Part shown: piece after piece, positions 40,895 to 54,834 of the stretch | Layout of the letters: the number at the start of each line of letters is the position of its first letter | Numbering within the stretch: position 1 is the stretch's first letter | DNA from: Octopus sinensis | Taxonomy: Eukaryota | Length of the DNA stretch: 64,000 nucleotides | Direction of reading: 5' to 3' | Assembly (NCBI RefSeq): GCF_006345805.1 | Contig: NC_043010.1 | Location: 35,774,001 to 35,838,000, forward strand | Notes under the pieces: model-generated | What the model was told of the DNA's origin: nothing | Database searches by the model: none | Seen by the model: only the letters and a program-made list of their open reading frames with translations | Translations under genes and position numbers: made by a program

Positions 40895-41238
40895 CGTATG
40901 TATGTATGTATGTATGTATGTACGTACGTATGTGTATGTATGTATGTATGTATGTATGTATGTATGTATGTATGTATGTATGTATGTATGTATGCATGTA
41001 TGTATTTATGTATGTATGTATGTATGTATGTATGCATGTATTTATGTATGCATGTATGTACGTATGTATCTATGTACGTATGTATGTACGTACGTATGTA
41101 TGTATGTACGTATGCATGTATATATGTATGTATGTATGTATGCATGTATGTACGTATGTATCTATGTACGTATGTATGTACGTACGTATGTATGTATGTA
41201 CGTATGCATGTATATATGTATGTATGTACGTATGCATG

Positions 41239-41272
<34 letters not shown>

Positions 41273-41646
41273 TGTATGTATGTATCTATCTATATGTGTA
41301 TTAATGTGCGTATCAAAATGTGTATACACGGAGTTTGCCACGCACATACAGACACACATACAAGTATGTGTGCGTGATTGTGTTTTTATGTATGCATATG
41401 TATGTATATATGTATGTATGTCTATATATACGTGTGTGTGTATATATCTATATATACATATAAATATATATATGTATGCACGCATGCTTGTATGTGTATA
41501 TGTATACATGCATGTATGCATATATGTATGCCTGTATGCATGTATGCAAGTATGTATGTACGTACGTATGCATGCATGTATGTATGTATGTATGTAAGTA
41601 TGTATGTATGTACGTATGTATGTATGTATGCACGTATGTATGTATG
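40895..41646. repeat. Long compound (ATGT)n microsatellite
   Basis: Direct reading. Confidence 0.95.
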
Positions 41647-42058
41647 GGCTTATATCTCTCTGGCGCCATACTATTCGCGTGACCACAACTTGATGGAGAT
41701 CCTGGTTTGTCAAAACTATCAAAATCCAACTCCAGTAAGAGGTTAAGCTTTTCCATATCTTCTTCACTTTTTTTTCCTCCGCGTCGCCCTCATTGAATGC
41801 AACGGAAAGAAATCTTTTATAAAACAAATGTTGATGCTCGTATAACTGGCGCCAGTTAAGTGTCTTGTTCAAGGACATAATGTAAGCACATAAGCATAAT
41901 CGCTTGCACGCCCAGGCATAGGCTCATATACACACACATTCACACACACACACACACACACGCACACACACAAACAAACACACACACACGCACACACACA
42001 CTCACACACATAAACAACACACACACACACACCAACAAAACATATAACACCTTCATCG

Positions 42059-42104
<46 letters not shown>

Positions 42105-42488
42105 TACTATTCCTATAAAATATCGTGTACATTTATGTACACGATATTTTATATGAATAATATATAGTCTATTGACCAAATTTTTTTGCGCTAGACCACT
42201 GGTAATAAAAAAATTTCTATAATTCTTATTACTCTAATATTATGTTTTATGTTATATATATATATATGCATATAATAAACACATATTTACGAATATATAC
42301 ACGCTCACACGCGTATACCACATACATACATATGAAAATGTATAGAGAGTGAGAGACAAAAATTGAGTGTAGCGGAAGGAAAGACAATAAAAGCGGGAGA
42401 AGAGAGAATAAATGAAGAAATGAAAGCAAAGTTTCTGTACATATGTTCATACAAACACAAGAAAATATGTGCGTCATGCAACTAAGTA

Positions 42489-43038
42489 TTGGGTCGTCCG
42501 GAAAGTTCGTGCCGATTTACCTTTCGACTTATTTTAGAACATGGTTGAGTCCATAGAATAGGATTTGACTACCCCTCCATTTAGAGCACAGTTTAAGCTA
42601 TCTTTTCTTGGAAGAAGGTTTATGTTCCTATAACCTGTGTTAATTCTGTAACCCTTTAAAATGGAAGATAAGAAAGTTCCTTTTCGGCACTTGATGCTTT
42701 GGGAACCAGATAAAATTGCTGCAGCTCGGCTGAGATGTGTTACCCCACCCTCCATATTCACCAGATATTGCTCCTTTGGATTTCCAGTTGTTCAGGTCTC
42801 TGCAGAATAGTCTTAATGGTAAAAATTTCAATTCCTTGGATGACATAAAAAGATACCCTGATGAATTCTTTGCCATGAAACCACCCCAATTCTGGGAAGA
42901 GGGTATTTTCAAGTTAAAGGAAAGATGGAGACGCATTGGGCAACAAAATGGTTCATATTTGGTTGATTAAAAATGTAATGGCAAGTATTGGCCTTTTTTT
43001 TCCTTTAAAAATCGACACGAACTTTCCGGACTACCCAA
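42489..43038 (+). mobile_element. Internally deleted mariner (mellifera-like TIR), 550 bp
   Basis: 30-bp TIRs TTGGGTMGTCCGGAAAGTTCGTGYCGATTT, TA on both sides; transposase start MEDKKVPFRHLMLW fused to HPPYSPDIAPLDFQLFRSLQN. Confidence 0.92.
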
Positions 43039-43047
43039 TAGAATTAA

Positions 43048-43267
43048 TCCTTCAGATTTTAAACCGGCCATATCTAGCCGAAATATTCTACCAGTCTTAT
43101 GTTCAAACTAGCCAGATTTGGCCTCTCATACCTGCCCTACAATATAATTCTAAATATAAACAATCACACAATCGAAATCTCAAAGCTATGAAATGATGCA
43201 TGATTAATTCAAAACAATGTGAATACTTAACCATTTCATTTGGCGGATTAATCTGAACGCTAAAGGG
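43048..43267. mobile_element. piggyBac-type MITE
   Basis: TTAA at 43044-43047 and 43268-43271; termini TCCTTCAG and CTAAAGGG (degenerate CCCTT TIR). Confidence 0.55.
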
Positions 43268-43949
43268 TTAAACATTTGCCAGAAACTATTAAGTTTCAGC
43301 CATCGGATTGTCAAATAATAAATAAAATTATCAATAAACATCTTACATATAAAGAAATGTAAAAAGTTCATTGACTTTTTTTTTCTGACGTTAATTGTAA
43401 AGTTCATAAACGTTATAGGTATTTATTGAAATTTTAGCAAGTGACGGTAAGTTGTGTGTTGCTATGATTGTCTACACAACGTTTGGAACATGGGATAGAA
43501 AAAGAAGACGAAGAAAGGAAAGAAGGAAAAGAGAATGACGATGAAAGGAAAGCAACAGAAAGAAGAAAGAAAACAGAAATAGAGGTGTGATAAGATGAAT
43601 GCTCTCTGTGAAAAAATAACGCAAGGATGGTTATACAATAGTGTAGATTTATGAAAATATTAATATAATTTGAATAGTACTAAAAATATTTGAAAAGCTC
43701 GGTTAAGTTTTAAATGCAAGCCACGTACACTGCAATATAAAAGTAACAGTTATCAGTGATTTAAAGTTTACTAATTTGTGCGAGATTTAATATTGTACAA
43801 GATAACATTTATATCTATATCAGCAGATATAACCTCTAAATTCCTGTTCATTGCTGATGTGGAAGGGAATAGACATCTTTTTAGGAATACAAAAGCTACA
43901 AAGGTTACAAGTTTGTTTATATACTTCAACATATGCCTCTTACTCTCGT

Positions 43950-44322
43950 TTACTCTTTTACTTGTTTCAGTCATTTGACTGTGGCCATGCTGGAGCACCG
44001 CCTTCAGTCGAGCAAATCGTCCCGAGGACTTATTCTTTGTAAGCTTAGTACTTATTCTATCGGCCTCTTTTGTCGAACTGCTAAGTTACGGAGACGTAAA
44101 CACACCACCATCGGTTGTCAAGCGATGTTGGGGGGACAAACACAGACACACAAACATATACACACAATATATACATATATACGACGGGCTTCTTTCAGTT
44201 TCCGTCTACCAAATCCACTCACAAGGCTTTGGTCGGCCTGAGTCTATAGTAGAAGACACTTGCCCAAGGTGCCACGCAGTGGGATTAAACCCGGAACCAT
44301 GTGGTTGGTAAACAAGCTACTT
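43950..44322 (-). mobile_element. SINE family A
   Basis: Reverse-complement match to 2923-3325. Confidence 0.85.
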
Positions 44323-44977
44323 GTGATAAATAAAAGAATTAATTAATACTTTTTGCTGTCAGTGTTTTACATTCATAGAAACACTCAAGCGAGTGTCTTT
44401 GCGTCATTGTGTTAGGTTAAGTGGAGCAACAAACAAGGCTTCACTGATAAAAATTGAAACGATATTTATATAGAGAGACATAATATATACGTGAGTACAT
44501 ATTATACATTGTTTACAGAAAGAAAGAGTTAAATGTGCTTACAGGACCTACTTATCAGCGCACGCATGGCTATGTGGTTAAAAAGTTTGGTTCATCAATG
44601 ACCACTTGGATTCAAGTTCGATCTCATTACAAAGTACTTGTGACGACTGTCTTCTATCGTAGTTTCGGATTGAATTACACCGTGTCTTGATTCGTATATA
44701 TATAAGTGTGTATGTATATATAGTCGGATCAATATAGTGGACGCTGAAGTACAATCAGTGAGATATTTAGGCTGTGCACAAAGAGAAAATTCACCGCTGT
44801 GAGTATTTAACGCCTAGGGGCTGGCCCAAATCGCGCATTGGGTAGATCACACGGAGTTTGATATACTCTACGAAGTCCGACGTGTCGTGAATCCCTTTGG
44901 TCTATTATTACCAAATTAAATAAATAAATAAATAAAATAACAGACGATGATCTATCGTCTGTTATTGTTCTTATAAT

Positions 44978-45270
44978 TTCTTTTCCTCAACAGGCCCTGC
45001 CCTATTTAACATTGTCCCGAGGGAGACAAAGAGGAAAAGGATCCCATCAACTTTAAACTGAGTCTGGATAGATTCCTTCAAAGAATACCAGATAAACCAC
45101 CCATAATTGGATACAACTCACCCAACAAGAACTCACTACTTGAACAAAACTTGACTTAAACAAAACTTGACTTAAACAGGATTCGAATAATCCTATCAGG
45201 TGGTGCTATTAAGTTAGACATGGCCTGGACCAATCTTTGGTCGAAACATATCTAAGTTATCTAAGTTATA
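44978..45270 (+). mobile_element. CR1-like LINE 3' fragment
   Basis: GPALFNIVP..FKLSLDRFLQRIPDKPPIIGY; ends in a tandem (TATCTAAGT)2 tail. Confidence 0.65.
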
Positions 45271-45280
45271 TATATTATAT

Positions 45281-45320
<40 letters not shown>

Positions 45321-45380
45321 TATATATATGTATGTATAAGCGGACGTTAATACACGCACCACATATACATATATATATAT

Positions 45381-45431
<51 letters not shown>

Positions 45432-45448
45432 GCATTGGTGGGCCTGCG

Positions 45449-45481
<33 letters not shown>

Positions 45482-45573
45482 CGGAAGCTTTATGAAAATA
45501 GACAAAAGACGAAGGCGGGTTTACGGAATAAACAAAAGACGAAGGCAGGTGGAATACAAACAAACAATTGTAT

Positions 45574-45654
<81 letters not shown>

Positions 45655-45655
45655 C

Positions 45656-45688
<33 letters not shown>

Positions 45689-46360
45689 ACTACATATATA
45701 TATATCAAAGAAAGAAAAATAACAGACGATAGATCATCATCTGTTATTTTTATATTTTGTTTGTTTTCCACCTGCCTTCGTCTTTTGTCTATTTTCATAA
45801 AGCTTCCCGTTATATATATATATATATACATAGTTGCTGTTTGGATATTTATGTGTGTACACCTTTCTGTATACCTCCATGCAATGCTTTGATAAATTAC
45901 GTGTCTATGATGAAAGCCACGACCAACGTAGCAGATTGTGGAGTATACAAATAAAACAAATAAATAAAAAAATGAATATGGAAAAACTATAACAATAACA
46001 TATTTAAATAAGGCAAAATAAAACGGATGGAGAACCACTTATCTCACAGGAAGCTAATTCCACTTGAATGTGTAAACCATTAGAGAGCAATGTCTAATGG
46101 GATGATATAACAATACTATTTTGGCAAAGTATCTTTAAAGCAATAGACAATTGAGAAACGCTGACATTCATGAAACGGCATTTTTTTTCATTGTTTTACT
46201 TTCTTATCTTTTTAAAGAGCAGTCTCTGTCATTGGACTACGGTCATCCTGGAGTATCACATTGAAGGGTTTCTGTTTTCAAATCAGTTCTATCGACTCCT
46301 TACTCTGACCTTAATCTGGCAAACAGGTTATACATCTATGTTTATTGAACAATTGAGAGC

Positions 46361-46495
<135 letters not shown>

Positions 46496-46516
46496 CATCT
46501 ATCTAACTATCTATCT

Positions 46517-46885
46517 AAATCCTATGAACCCAGAAATTGAAAACAGAGGGTTACCCACTTGCAAACAAATGTGGTAACATATAACAATATTGAGCGAGGT
46601 TACCGTGGTTTTTTTCGTAGGCTTTTCTTCCCACGGATAAACCTTATCTGCTTCCCCCTTTACACCGTACACCTATTGATCGTTTTTTTTTCCTCTCCCC
46701 CTTTTCTCCTCTTTTTTCTTCCTTTTTTATTTTTATTTTCCTTTTTTTTTCCCCCTTTTACGATCCCTTTTGATCGAAAACCTACGCCTCTTCTTTTTTT
46801 TTGTCTTTTTTCATCCCACAAAAGAAAAGCTCTACCTTGTAATTTGTCTCATCTGTGTGCAGCCCTGTGTCGCCAATAAAGAAAC

Positions 46886-46886
<1 letters not shown>
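46517..46886 (+). mobile_element. Tx1 sister family, 3' UTR-only copy within (TATC)n
   Basis: Aligns with 49160-49537; (TATC)n on both sides. Confidence 0.8.
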
Positions 46887-46954
<68 letters not shown>

Positions 46955-46957
<3 letters not shown>

Positions 46958-47350
46958 ACTCTTTACTCTTTTCTCTGTTACTCATTTCAGTCATTTGGCT
47001 GCGGCGATGCTGGAGCACCGCCTTTAGTCGAGCAAATCGACACCGGGACTTATTCTTTGTAAATCTAGTAATTATTCTATCGGTCTCTTTTGTCGAACCG
47101 CTAAGTTACTGGGACGTAAACACACCACCATCGGTTGTCAAGCGATGTTGGGGGGACAAACACAGACACATAAACACATACACACATATATACATATACA
47201 TATATACGTCTACCAAATCCACTCACAAGGCTTTGGTCGGCCCGAGGCTATAGTAGAAGACACTTGCCCAAGGTGCCACGCAGTGGAAGTGAACCCGGAA
47301 CCATGTGGTTCGTAAGCAAGCTACATCCCACACAGTCACTCTTACGCCCA
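46955..47350 (-). mobile_element. SINE family A
   Basis: Reverse-complement match to 2923-3325. Confidence 0.85.
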
Positions 47351-47609
47351 TGCATACGTTCATTTATTCTCAACAGCTTTTTGCTGTCGACGCCACCAAA
47401 AATGAATAATCTTATCGTTAAAGTAGCGAAATTGTAATGACTTTTGAACGATAACTGATGAGGGAAGAGCATGTTAGTCTTGTGAGCGATTTTTTCGTGT
47501 TCCTTTCTCGTCCGTTGTAATTTTTAAATCTAATTATTTAATGTAAAGCCACGCCTCCTCCATTTTGCTCCTACTCTGTAGCATCACACAACGGTAAGAT
47601 TTGTTGCAA

Positions 47610-47647
<38 letters not shown>

Positions 47648-47955
47648 TACTCTCTCACTTTCCATTTTTCTCTTCGTCTATCTTTCATTCTCCCTCATCA
47701 CCTTACCTCTCTGTTGCTTTTTCTGTTTATCCCTTTCACTTTGCTATTCTCCCTCCTTCTCTTCGACACACTCCTGCCTCCTTCAACGCACTCCACCTTC
47801 ATTCCATTTTTTTCTCTCTACAATCTCATTTATTTAAATCTGCATTTCTTTCCTGCTTTCTTTCTTTCTTTCTTTCTCTTTCTTTCTCTCTTTCTTTCTC
47901 TCTTTCTTTCTCTCTCTCTTTCTTTCTCTTTCCTCTATCTTTGTCTGTCTGTTTG

Positions 47956-47986
<31 letters not shown>

Positions 47987-48009
47987 ATATATCTATATCT
48001 CTATCTATA

Positions 48010-48093
<84 letters not shown>

Positions 48094-48739
48094 CCCTTTC
48101 TCTTTATACTCTGCTCCCATCTATTCCCCTGTCTTTCTCTCTCCTCTTCCCAACCTGTTTTCCCTCTCTATCCTCCCTCTCAGTACCACGTGACCTTCCC
48201 GTTTCTCCCTTCAACCTTCCTTTCCGTGCATGATCATTGACTTCTTCAGTCATGTTCCCTTGGGCTCTTGCCTTGGCATTTAACTTCAACCCGGTTGTCT
48301 ATCTTTCCTTGTATTTCTTCCATCCTTCCAATTTTCTTTCTATCTCGCTCCTTTCCTTTTAAGTCCTTTCAAGGACATCATTTTCCATTAGCGTTACTTT
48401 TACACATGTTTTGTCTCAAAGCTGTCTCATAGCCGTAAGACCTTTATTCCTATGTATATATTTCATAATAATCAACTACCTATGTCGTTTACTGTTATGT
48501 CTCGTGTTATTCTGTCGTCGTTTATAGTTTGTTTCTGTCGCCGTCCTCTACGTTTGCTAATTTATTCTCAGCAGGTTTTTGGTGTTGACGCCACCAAAAT
48601 GAACAATCTTATCGTTAAAGGCGCAAAATTGTTGTGATTTTTGAGCGACAACTGGTGAGTGAAGAGCATGTCTACGTCTTATGAGCAATTTTTCGGCGTG
48701 CAATTTTTTTTTTGTCATCTTTCTATATAATTTTTAAAC

Positions 48740-48910
<171 letters not shown>

Positions 48911-49537
48911 AGGGCGAATGGCACCGCGAGTGTCGCGTTGCTCTCAAGCAACTCTGCCGTCCTGGGTCGACCTTGAGTGACTTCATCACAACTAAAGCAT
49001 TCTCCACTTTCCTCTCTGGTCAATCTCTCAACTTCTTCAAGTATCACTTGAAGAGGAAAGTGAGAGTAGAGAGGCAAGTTTTGTCTAGTGAATGTTTTAA
49101 AAAAGATGGGTGAATGTAGCAAGGATGGCACGTATGAATGACGAAGCCACCTTGACTATGATTCTATGAACCGTAAAAATTAATACAGAGAGTTGCTTAT
49201 TTGCAAAAAAAAAAGAAATATAACATGTGACTTCATTGACCGAGGTTACCGTGGTCTTTTCCGTAGGCTTTTTTTTCCACGGGTAAACCTCACCTGTCCT
49301 CCATTTTACACTTCATATTGACATTTCTGTGATAACGATCCCTATTGATCAATTTTTTTCCTTTCCCTTTCCCCCCACTTTTTTTTTTATTTTATTCCCT
49401 CCTTTTTTGTCCTCTTTCTTTCCCTTTACGATCCCTTTTGATCGAAAACCAAACCCCCTTTTTTACCCCCAAAAGAAAAGCTCTACCTTGTAATTTGTCC
49501 TGTCTGTGTGCAGCCCTGTGTGGCTAATAAAGAAACA
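48911..49537 (+). mobile_element. Tx1 sister family, 5'-truncated and internally deleted copy within (TATC)n
   Basis: [15 protein letters not shown] and FLSGQSLNFFKYHLKRKVRVERQVLS match the ORF2 C-terminus at 55820-56896; 3' end CAGCCCTGTGTGGCTAATAAAGAAA; (TATC)n on both sides. Confidence 0.85.
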
Positions 49538-50300
49538 TATCTATCTATCTATCTACACATACACATGCACACACATACACACACACATACATATATACAT
49601 ATGCACATTGTACATTTTTGTGCTTGTGCCGCCCCAAGAGCTTGACAACTGGTGTTGGTCTGTTTATGTCCCCATAAACGATAAGTTCAGCACAACGGAC
49701 CGATAGGATAAGTATTAGATTTTAAAACAAAAACAACACAATCGGCACTAGGGCCGATTTGCTCGACTTAAAGCATTACAAGTCGGTACTCCAGCAAGGC
49801 TGCAGTTCAATGTCTGAAACAAGTAAACGATAAAAAATAAAAGACAGTCAACCAGAGCTTTCACGCGTTGATAGGAATATATCCGTTTTGTTTTGGACGT
49901 TTCGATTTTGCTACTCGTTATCTTGGGCAAGTGACGCTTATCACACCAGGGCTAACGAAGCCAATACTTGTGAGTGGAATTTGATAGACGGAAACTCTAC
50001 TGAAAACCACATCCAGACAAATGTACTCACACACACATACATGTATATGAGGTATAAAACTAATAGTAAATTCGAAGTCCTGCCGTTTGCTGGGTTCGTT
50101 AGACGGTATTTTTTCCTTTGAGTCAAAGTTTTATAAAGCAGTGGTTGATCTTGTGAGTTGAAGAAGGAGAAGAAGAAGAAGAAGAAGAAGAAGAAGAAGA
50201 AGAAGAGAAGAAGAAGAAGAAGAAGAAGAAGAAGAAAAAGCAGCAGCTGACGATGATAATGATACTGATGATGATGATGATAATAATAACAACAACAACA

Positions 50301-50370
<70 letters not shown>

Positions 50371-50419
50371 AATAATAACAACAATAATAATAATAATAAT
50401 AATAATGATGATGATGATG

Positions 50420-50462
<43 letters not shown>

Positions 50463-50473
50463 TAATAATAATA

Positions 50474-50521
<48 letters not shown>

Positions 50522-50539
50522 TGATGATGATGATGATAA

Positions 50540-52291
50540 TATGATCCCACATTCTTGGATTATGGAATGTATGAACCTATTTGGTATTGCATCGAATGTT
50601 GAGCGATTGCTTGGAAAAAGTATGGCGTGTTGGAGGACGGATCTGACATACGGAAGAAGTTTAGGGACAGTAGAAATCAGGAGGGGCATCTTCCAAAGGG
50701 ACTGCTTGTCCCCACTGATCTTTGTACTGTGCTTGATACCACTAACACTGATTCTGAGGAAAGCAAAAGCTGGGTATGTATTTAAAAGCCGCCATTTGTT
50801 ATTCATGGATGACCTCAAACTTTATGGTAAAGATGAATCCCAAGTCAGTTCCCTCGTTGATACGGTGTATATTTTTCAGTGCTGATATCAGAATGGAGTT
50901 CGGGCTGAGAAAGTGTGATGTGTTAGCCTTGAAGAGAGGAAAAACCAAATGTATGGACGGCTAACGATACCGTTGGGGGAGGTTATGAAGCAGATAGAAG
51001 AGACGGGCTATAAGTGCTTGGGGATTTTGGAAATGGATAAATTGACGTAGAAAGAAATGACAGAAAAGTTTAAGGTGGAATACATGCGTAGACTGAGACT
51101 GATCCTTAAGTCGAAATTAAACGGACGGAATAAGATTGAAGTTATCAACACCTGGGCGGTTTCACTCCTTATATATGGAGCAGGGGTAATCGCATGGACA
51201 CGAACAGCTTAGACAGAAAGATAAGGAAGTTGCTAACTAGATAGGGACACTCCACCCAAAGAGTGACACAGACAGACTCTATGTACCAAACAAAAGAGGG
51301 GGAAGAGGACTTATTGGGTGCGAACACAGCATTAGAGTCGAAGAAAACAACATAGCATGGTATGTAAAAAATACCACAGAACCGTTATTATTAGAAGTAG
51401 GAAGGTCAGGCTTGTGTAGGATGAAAGATTGCCAAGATAAAGCACTATACAAGAAATTGAAAACGAAAGAAACTGAAAATAGGTGGGTAAATAAAGAATG
51501 CATGGACAATTTTATAGGGATGACAGAAAAAAAAAGATTGCTGTGAATGGCTAAAAGGGATTTAAAACCGGAAACGGAGGCTCTAATCTGTGCTGCCCAA
51601 TAACAAGCACTAAGAACAAACTACATAAAATACAGAATAGACAACACATCAGAAAGTGATAAGTGCAGAATTTGTGGACAAAATGGTGAAGCCGTATGGC
51701 ACATCACCAGCATATGTACGCCACTAGCCCAGAAGGAATATAAGAGACGCCACGACAATATAGCAAGGCTTGTCCATTGGGCACTTTGCAACAAGTATGG
51801 ACTTGACAGGAAAAAAATTGGTACAACAATAAACTCGAAGGCATCATCAAAAATGATAATGCATTTATGATTCAGTGCGACTATGAGATAGAGAATAGGA
51901 AGCCAGACAGAGTCTTAATTGAGAAAGAAAGCATACTATGCTGGATCATAGATGTAACATGCTCAGCTGACAACAAGTTATGCGATAAGAGAAAAACAAG
52001 TCGATAGATATGACAGGTTAGCTTGGGATGTTAAGCAGTTGTGGTCGATGAAAAAGGTAGCAGTAGTACCAATTATTGTCGGAGCCTTGAGAACAGTGAG
52101 CAAAAATCTCGAGAAGTACGTGGAACAAATAGGGGCTGCAATAAGGGTGTAGCACTTGCAGAAAACAGCACTGCTTGAAACCGCTCGAAAACTCCAGAAG
52201 GTGCTCGAAAAAATAAGGTGTTACCTTAGTTTACTGGTAGTGAATAGCTGACACCGTAGTACATCTCCAGCGTTAAAAGCTGTGCAAAGGC
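50540..52291 (+). mobile_element. R4/Dong-type non-LTR element family 1, 5'-truncated and decayed
   Basis: RT motifs IPHSWI, RRGIFQRDCLSP, HLLFMDDLKLY; CRICG..H..C, RHDN and KPD..D of an RLE; many stops and frameshifts; (AAT)n/(GAT)n on the 5' side. Confidence 0.9.
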
Positions 52292-52294
52292 AAT

Positions 52295-52677
52295 TTGAGG
52301 GATGGGGCTAGTCGATTACATCGACCCAATTTTCACTGGTACTTAATTTATCGACCCCGAAAGGATGAAAAGTAAAGTCGACCTCGGCGGAATTTGAACT
52401 CAAAACGCCAAAACATGAAATTTGACGTAGCGACAGACGAAATACCTATTTCTTTACAACCCACAAGAGGCTAAACACAGAGAGGACAAACAAGGACAGA
52501 CAAACGGATTAAGTCGATTATATCGACCCCAGTGCGTAACTGGTACTTAATTTATCGACCCCGAAGGAATGAATGGCAAAGTCGACCTCGGCGGAATTTG
52601 AACTCAGAATGTAGCGGCAGACGAAATACGGCTACGCATTTCGCCCGGCGTGCTAACGATTCTGCCAGCTAGCCGCC

Positions 52678-52680
<3 letters not shown>
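52295..52680 (-). mobile_element. Dimeric SINE D (tail A unit plus headless tail B unit)
   Basis: Same internal junction (AAATA|GGTATTTCGTC) as 25093-25490. Confidence 0.8.
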
Positions 52681-52732
<52 letters not shown>

Positions 52733-53389
52733 TGATGATAATAATGATGATGATGATAGATTCCGAAAGGATGAAAGGCAAAGTCGACCTCGGCGGAATT
52801 TGAACTCAAAACGCCAAGACATGAAATGCCGCTAAGCATTTTGCCCGGCGTGCTAACGATTCTGCATGTACTTGTGAGGGAAATTTGATAGACGGAAACT
52901 GTATTGAAAACCGCCACCCCACACATACACACACATGCCTGCATACATACATACATACATACATACATACAAAAAAATAACGTTGAAGTTGGGTTCGAAG
53001 TGAAATTAATACTTGGATGGCTAAATATAGAATTAGAGCATAATAGGTTAACGATAGTTACGAATTAAAGATAGTTTTGTCATTACACTTGAGGAGTGTT
53101 ATTCTAAGTATTTAGCTGAAAGCATTGCATGATAATTTGTAAACAAAAGCGGAAGAGGATAAAATTTAAGCCTGTATTAAAAGATTGTGTTCTAGAAAAG
53201 ATTAATCTCAGTGAAAATATTCTGTTCTTTTATTCAGCTATTGTAAATTGCGCATTGAGAGAAATGTTTATATATAAGCAAATCATCACACGCACGCACT
53301 CACACACACACACACACACACACAACACACACACACACAAACGCACGCACGCACCCACTCTCTCTCTCACACGCACACACACACACACA

Positions 53390-53420
<31 letters not shown>

Positions 53421-53429
53421 CGTGTTTGT

Positions 53430-54366
53430 TTTAGTGATGAGGAAACCTTTCATGTTTCACGGAAACTGAGCGAACACAATATGAGAATCTGGGGATCAGA
53501 ACCATCCCCCCCCCCACGTAACTAGAGAAGTTCAGCGAGATAGTCCCAAAGCGAATGTCTGGTGTGGGATTATGTGCAATTGAATTATTGGTCCATTTTT
53601 CTTCAACGAGAGATCAATTACTGCAAATGTCTAGCTTGACCTTGTGAATGAATATGTGGCTCCACAACTCCAGGACCTTCAACCGACCATCATTTCCCAG
53701 CAAGATGGTGTCCCACCACATTGGAGATTGTATGTTCGTGAAATAAGGCGTCGAGCTGGCAGAAACGTTAGCACGCCGGGCGAAATGTATAGCCGTATTA
53801 TGCCTGCCGTTACGTTCTGAGTTCAAATTCCGCCGAGGTCCACTTTGCCTTTCATCCTTTCGGGGTCGATAAATTAAGTACCAGTTACGCACTGGGGTCG
53901 ATGTAATCGACTTAATCCTTTTGTCTGTCTTTGTTTGTCCCCTCTGTGTTTAGCCCCTTGTGGGTAGTAAAAAAATAGATTGCATGTTCGTGAATTCCTT
54001 AATCAAATATTTCCAGACCGTTGGATTGGAAGGGGAGGACCAATTACGTGGCCACCACGTTCATCACGTTCTATGGGGCTATGTTAAAGATATCGTGTAT
54101 CAAACAAAGATACGGGGCATTACTGAACTAAAATAACAGATTCGATCGCAAACATTGATAAGGCTATGTTACAGCGAACATGGCAAGAAATCGAGTACCG
54201 TTTTGATATGGATCGTGCGACTAATGGTGCCCATATAGAGGTGTATAAAATGAAATAAAAAAAAACTTTGAAAACCACTGAGTACGATAGAATAAGTCTG
54301 ATTAAGATATTTTATCAATTGCCTCTGTGATAAATTTTTTAAATTGTAAAAAGACTTTATGGACTG
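53430..54366 (+). pseudogene. rosa/DD41D-like transposase remnant interrupted by a SINE
   Basis: [64 protein letters not shown]. Confidence 0.85.
53743..53976 (+). mobile_element. SINE family D (tail A) with 18-bp TSD
   Basis: AGATTGYATGTTCGTGAA at 53725-53742 and 53977-53994; the transposase frame resumes after it. Confidence 0.92.
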
Positions 54367-54696
54367 TATGTATGTATGTATGTATGTATGTATGTATGTA
54401 TGTATGTATGTATGTATGTATGTATGTATGTATGTATGTACATAAGGAGAATTCACAAAAAAAAACCAAAAGACGAAGACAGGTGACGTAGACAACAAAC
54501 AGATGTATTAGTAAAACGTTAGGGAAGTGAAAGAGTCTTTAACGTTTCGAGTCTACGCTCTTCCACAGAAAGGAACACAGAGAGAAACAAGGAGAGAAAA
54601 TAAAGAGAGAGAGATACACAAATAAACACGCACACACACACAAATATATATTGGCATATACTAGTTTTTACAATATTGGTTTTTTGAAACCAATAA

Positions 54697-54834
54697 TTTA
54701 GAAACTTTGTTCTTGCTAGCGAGAATTCTATGTTGTTGACCTCGAGAGAATCTTTTTGGATGGAAAAAAGAACTCATAAATTCTTATGACATCACCGACA
54801 TACAATTCTTGCTGGTAAGAATAAAGTTTCTAAA
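54697..54834. repeat. Imperfect foldback/palindrome (MITE-like)
   Basis: TTTAGAAACTTTGTTCTTGCTAGCGAGAATT.. pairs with ..AATTCTTGCTGGTAAGAATAAAGTTTCTAAA. Confidence 0.75.

Noticed and set aside
41647-41878. Non-repetitive start of the 238-aa minus-strand ORF
   Set aside because: No recognisable motif or splice signals; the rest of the ORF is microsatellite
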